Shown piece after piece: positions 60,193 through 64,000 of a stretch of DNA of 64,000 nt (the stretch's first letter is position 1; each line of letters begins with the position of its first letter). The notes below the pieces were generated by a model. That model was given only the letters and a program-made list of their open reading frames with translations. It searched no databases and was not told the DNA's origin. The stretch covers positions 1,036 through 65,035 of the forward strand of contig CAZDLU010000007.1 of assembly GCA_964506725.1 (NCBI GenBank). Reading direction: 5' to 3'. This stretch comes from an uncultured Rhizobium sp. GTDB lineage: Bacteria > Pseudomonadota > Alphaproteobacteria > Rickettsiales > UBA1997. A program made the translations under genes and the position numbers.

Positions 60193-60512
60193 ATTCAGTA
60201 ACCTTAAGCAACACAGCATTAGAGCGTATCCACGAGATTCAAAGCAAAGAAAATAATCACGATAAATTCTTGCGTGTTTCAATTTCGGGTGGTGGTTGCA
60301 GCGGTTTTCAATATATCTTCGAACTAGACAACAAGCGCCTCGACGGCGATATTGAAATTATGAAAAATATTGCTGTAACTGATGAAACTTCCCTGCCATT
60401 TTTAAATGGTGCTGAAATTGAATTCGTTAAAGAATTAGGCGCTTCTTACTTTCGTGTAAAAAACCCAAATGCTAAGGCAAGTTGCGGTTGCGGAAGTTCT
60501 TTTTCCATTTAA
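60189..60512 (+). CDS. erpA: Iron-sulfur cluster insertion protein (HesB/IscA/ErpA family)
   Basis: [15 protein letters not shown] and C-terminal [13 protein letters not shown] overlap with hisE. Confidence 0.85.
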   Translation: MNSVTLSNTALERIHEIQSKENNHDKFLRVSISGGGCSGFQYIFELDNKRLDGDIEIMKNIAVTDETSLPFLNGAEIEFVKELGASYFRVKNPNAKASCGCGSSFSI

Positions 60513-60516
60513 AAAT

Positions 60517-61371
60517 ATGAAATCTTTCCAAGAAATTATTTTCAACCTGCAAGAATTTTGGTCGAAGCAAGGTTGTGCGATCTTACAACCTGTTGATATT
60601 GAAGTTGGTGCAGGAACTTTGCACCCGGCCACTGTTTTAAAAGCTTTAGGTAAAAAACCGTGGCGCGCCGCTTACGTGCAACCATGTCGTCGCCCTACGG
60701 ACGCTAGGTACGCCCAAAATCCGAATCGCTTAAGTCATTATTATCAATTCCAAGTTTTACTAAAACCGGCGCCGCAAAATATAAAACAACTTTATTTGCA
60801 AAGCCTTGAAATCATTGGTCTCGATATTAAAAATAACGATGTGCGTTTTGTTGAAGATGATTGGGAAAATCCATCAGTTGGCGCTTCTGGCCTTGGCTGG
60901 GAAGTTTGGTTTAATGGTATGGAAGTTACGCAATTTACTTACATGCAGCAAGTTGGCGGCATTGAATGCGATTTAATTTCCGGTGAAATTACTTATGGTT
61001 TAGAACGCATTGCCATGTATATCCAAAATGTTGATTCGATTTTTGATATTAATTGGAACGGTGTGGAAGGTGAAGGCAAAATGACTTATGGCGATATTTT
61101 TAAAGAAAGTGAAATCGAAAATTCCGCGTTCATTTTGGAGCATTCAAACGTAAATGACTTGTTTAATCAGTTTAATTATGCTGAAAAACAGTCTAGGATT
61201 TTAGCGGAAAAAAACCTGCCGATTCCTGCTTATGAACAAGCCTTAAAAGCCAGCCATGTCCTAAATTTACTTGATGCGGGCGGTGCTGTTTCAGCTAACG
61301 AAAGAGCGGCCTTTATTGGGCGTGTTAGGGATTTGGTGAAGGCAGCTTGTGAGTTGGTGGTAAGAAAGTGA
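60517..61371 (+). CDS. glyQ: Glycine--tRNA ligase alpha subunit
   Basis: [74 protein letters not shown] 60517 preferred over the track start inside erpA. Confidence 0.95.
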   Translation: MKSFQEIIFNLQEFWSKQGCAILQPVDIEVGAGTLHPATVLKALGKKPWRAAYVQPCRRPTDARYAQNPNRLSHYYQFQVLLKPAPQNIKQLYLQSLEIIGLDIKNNDVRFVEDDWENPSVGASGLGWEVWFNGMEVTQFTYMQQVGGIECDLISGEITYGLERIAMYIQNVDSIFDINWNGVEGEGKMTYGDIFKESEIENSAFILEHSNVNDLFNQFNYAEKQSRILAEKNLPIPAYEQALKASHVLNLLDAGGAVSANERAAFIGRVRDLVKAACELVVRK

Positions 61372-61377
61372 TTATTC

Positions 61378-61417
61378 ATTACTCGTCATCCTCCTTCGGC
61401 CAAGGATTACGAGTAAT
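61378..61417 (+). terminator. Hairpin after glyQ (probable terminator)
   Basis: attactcgt (61378-61386) pairs with acgagtaat (61409-61417), and the inner atcct pairs with aggat. It starts 7 nt after the glyQ stop. The downstream T-tract is weak. Confidence 0.5.
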
Positions 61418-61444
61418 TGGTATAAATATTTATTAATAAATTTT

Positions 61445-63895
61445 ATGACAAGCATTACAAGCTTAAACGAAGCTCTCTACGACACTTCAATTTTACTCGG
61501 AGAGATTCCGCACCTAGGAATTATTGTGGCCGTGATGTGCTTAATTTACGCTTACAAAAGATTTTCCATCTATTCTTATCTTTTTATTCTCACCATTTTT
61601 TTTGTAAAATATAATCTTGCTCCGCACTTTTGGATCACTTATGCAGTAATTGCTACCTTGCTTGCCGTGCCTTTGGTAAGACGATATTTAATAACTGCGC
61701 CACTTCTTTCAATTATACAAGGCCTTGGTCTTTTACCAAGAATTTCCGAAACTGAAAAAATTGCCTTAACATCAGGAACTATCTGGGTTGACGGCGAATT
61801 ATTTTCCGGTCGTCCCAATTTTAAATGGATTTTTTCGCAACAATATCCGCGCTTAACTGATGAAGAAAAAAGTTTTTTAAATAATGAAGTTGAAGAATTA
61901 TGTCATCTTTGTAATGACTACGAAGTGCAAGTAATGCGTGACTTACCACAAGAAGTTTGGGATTTTTTAGCAACCAAAAAATTCTTCGGCATGATAATTC
62001 CAAAAGAATATGGAGGCTTAGGATTTTCGGCTTACGCCCATAGTTGTGTGATTCAAAAATTAGCTTCGCGTTCAGTGCCTCTCGCAATCACGGCGATGGT
62101 GCCAAATTCGCTTGGACCTGCGGAATTACTGCTTCATTATGGAACCACGGAACAGCGGGAATATTATTTACCGCGCTTGGCTGACGGTCGCGAACTGCCT
62201 TGCTTTGCTTTGACCGAGCCTACTGCAGGAAGCGATGCTACCTCTATCATGTCTTACGGAATTTTATTTAGAGATGAATATGGTGAAGTAAAAATTCTCT
62301 TAAATTGGAATAAAAGATACATCACACTCGGAGCTTACGCTACCTTGATCGGCGTAGCTTTTCAACTTTACGATCCGGAAAATATTTTATTTGATCATGA
62401 AGAGATCGGCATTACTTGCGCCCTTGTGCCATATGACACGCCTGGTGTCATCCAAGGTCGCAGACATGATCCACTGGCTACACCTTTTGTAAATTCTCCG
62501 CTCAATGGCGATGACGTAATTATAGGCCTTGGTGACATAATCGGCGGCCAAAACGGCTTGGGTCACGGTTGGAAAATGTTGATGGAATGTTTAGCAGCTG
62601 GGCGCGGAATTTCTCTTCCGTCAACAAGCTGTGGTGGCGCGAAATTAGTGGCGCGCACCGTTAGTGCTTACTCGGCAATCAGGCAGCAATTTGGCACGGC
62701 TATCGGCAAATTCGAAGGGGTAGAAGAAGTATTGGCGCGGATTGCGGCTAGAACTTACACACTTGATGCGGTACGCACATTTACCGCCGCCTCAGTTGAT
62801 TTGGGTGCCAAGCCAGCAGTAGTTTCGGCCATCGCCAAATATCACGCTACTGAATTATTCCGCCAAGTAATAAATGACGGCATGGATATTATGGGCGGAC
62901 GCGGTATTATCAGGGGTCCGCGCAATATTTTGGCAAATGCTTATTTTTCAACGCCGATTTCAATTACCGTCGAAGGTGCAAATATTATGACACGAAGCCT
63001 AATCCATTTCGGTCAAGGTGCTATCATGTGTCATCCTTACGCCTATAAGGAAATAATGGCTTTGGAAAATCATGATTTAGCAGAATTTGATCGCGTTTTC
63101 TTTGCCCACATTAATCATTTAATTAGTAACTTTGTAAGATCGACCCTACTCTCTATTACGCGCGGCGCGATTTACAAACCTTTCAAAAGAAATTTTATAA
63201 CTAAATATGAAAGAAAAATTAAATGGTGTTCGGCAACTTTTGCCTTGCTTGCCGATATAGCATTAGCGCGCTTTGGTGGTAATTTAAAACGCAAAGAAAC
63301 AATCAATGGACGCTTCGGCGATGTGCTTTCTGCCATGTATTTAGCAACTTCAATTTTGAAAAAATTTAAAGAAGGCGGTTGCAGAAAAGAAGAAAAACCG
63401 GTCGTTGAATATGCCTTACGCGAATGCTTGGTGAAAGCACAAACTGCCATTGACGGACTTTACCAAAATATGTTTGGATGCTTTGCCAAAATTATTTTAT
63501 TTCCATTTTCAAAATGGGCTAAAATCAATAGTTTCGCCTGTCCGCCCAGCGATAAACTAGGTCACAAAATTGTACAAGATTTTATCAAAAACGGCAAATT
63601 GCGCCAAAAATTAACTGAAGGAATTTTTGTTAGCGAAGATGCTGCTGATAATTTGGGAAGGCTTGAAAATGCTATGCGATTGCATGAAAACGCGGCGAGC
63701 GCATCTGACAAAATCAAGCAAGCAATTCGCGTGGGAATTTTACCTAAAGCACGCATTGAAGACTTGATTGATGTTGCTTGTGAAAAAAATATAATTAATT
63801 TAGCCGAAAAAGAATTGCTCGACCAAGCTTCAGAGGCTGTACTTGATGCCATGCAAGTGGATGAATATAGCTTGGAAGAATATGTGAATATTTAA
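61445..63895 (+). CDS. fadE: Acyl-CoA dehydrogenase, long FadE type
   Basis: 816 aa. Colinear with E. coli FadE as I remember it: N-terminal TM helices, KEYGGLGFSAYA, VPNSLGPAELL, CFALTEPTAGSDA, WNKRYITL, GITCALVP, GHGWKMLMECLAAGRGISLP, ITVEGANIMTRSLIHFGQGAIMCHPY. Confidence 0.92.
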   Translation: MTSITSLNEALYDTSILLGEIPHLGIIVAVMCLIYAYKRFSIYSYLFILTIFFVKYNLAPHFWITYAVIATLLAVPLVRRYLITAPLLSIIQGLGLLPRISETEKIALTSGTIWVDGELFSGRPNFKWIFSQQYPRLTDEEKSFLNNEVEELCHLCNDYEVQVMRDLPQEVWDFLATKKFFGMIIPKEYGGLGFSAYAHSCVIQKLASRSVPLAITAMVPNSLGPAELLLHYGTTEQREYYLPRLADGRELPCFALTEPTAGSDATSIMSYGILFRDEYGEVKILLNWNKRYITLGAYATLIGVAFQLYDPENILFDHEEIGITCALVPYDTPGVIQGRRHDPLATPFVNSPLNGDDVIIGLGDIIGGQNGLGHGWKMLMECLAAGRGISLPSTSCGGAKLVARTVSAYSAIRQQFGTAIGKFEGVEEVLARIAARTYTLDAVRTFTAASVDLGAKPAVVSAIAKYHATELFRQVINDGMDIMGGRGIIRGPRNILANAYFSTPISITVEGANIMTRSLIHFGQGAIMCHPYAYKEIMALENHDLAEFDRVFFAHINHLISNFVRSTLLSITRGAIYKPFKRNFITKYERKIKWCSATFALLADIALARFGGNLKRKETINGRFGDVLSAMYLATSILKKFKEGGCRKEEKPVVEYALRECLVKAQTAIDGLYQNMFGCFAKIILFPFSKWAKINSFACPPSDKLGHKIVQDFIKNGKLRQKLTEGIFVSEDAADNLGRLENAMRLHENAASASDKIKQAIRVGILPKARIEDLIDVACEKNIINLAEKELLDQASEAVLDAMQVDEYSLEEYVNI

Positions 63896-63896
63896 T

Positions 63897-63964
63897 GTCA
63901 TGCTGAGCCTGTCGAAGCATGGCTTTACAAAAGAAAAATCACCCTTCGACAGGCTCAGGGTGAC
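63897..63964. repeat. Palindromic intergenic element, family A, copy 3 (hybrid arms)
   Basis: gtcatgctgagcctgtcgaagcatgg ... cacccttcgacaggctcagggtgac. The left arm is of the catgct type seen in copy 2 and the right arm of the caccct type seen in copy 1. It starts 2 nt after the fadE stop. Confidence 0.85.
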
Positions 63965-64000
63965 AAAAAAATTATTATGAAAAAAATATTTTTAACTCTC

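Noticed and set aside
63977-64000. Start of a plus-strand ORF (MKKIFLTL...) at the window edge
   Set aside because: Only 8 codons are visible. It could be a signal peptide start, but that is too little to call a feature.

Overview
This is an AT-rich, very tightly packed bacterial chromosome segment; many genes overlap by 4 nt (ATGA). The gene content includes an NDUFA12-like + MlaD + DUF2155 cluster, a long-linker FtsZ, nuoM/nuoN, CtaG/Cox11, CyaY, ErpA, a stand-alone VirD4 and ankyrin-repeat proteins. This suggests a host-associated alphaproteobacterium (Rickettsiales/Holosporales-like), but that placement is inference only. I call about 60 protein genes, mostly housekeeping: ligA, kbl, thiL, lpxL/K/B, xseA/B, ftsZ, purF/E, slt, rpe, murD, aroA, ribH, leuB, pdxH, asd, recR, proA, queF, lgt, dnaA, glyA, ndk, glyQ, fadE and others. 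I recognised no rRNA, tRNA, CRISPR array, transposase or integrase. Accessory or unusual content sits in four places. (i) At 1-10.7 kb there is a 3-kb edge-truncated ORF absent from the supplied track (helicase-like P-loop protein), divergent from an orphan virD4. It is followed by two ankyrin-repeat proteins and an orphan gene whose 5' end lies in an exact 80-bp tandem duplication. (ii) At 26.4-32.3 kb there is a ~1950-aa signal-peptide-bearing protein with ~90 cysteines. Its C-terminal third reads like a string of CCP/Sushi-like modules. This is my top candidate for something new. (iii) At 41.2-41.9 kb a small secreted Cys-rich/coiled-coil protein is translationally coupled to leuB. (iv) At 50.8-53.8 kb two degenerate Mrp/Nuo antiporter-like membrane proteins are translationally coupled to proA. 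Two families of intergenic palindromic repeats also occur in several copies. All functional calls come from reading motifs in the translations and remembered family signatures. No database search, HMM or structure prediction was possible.
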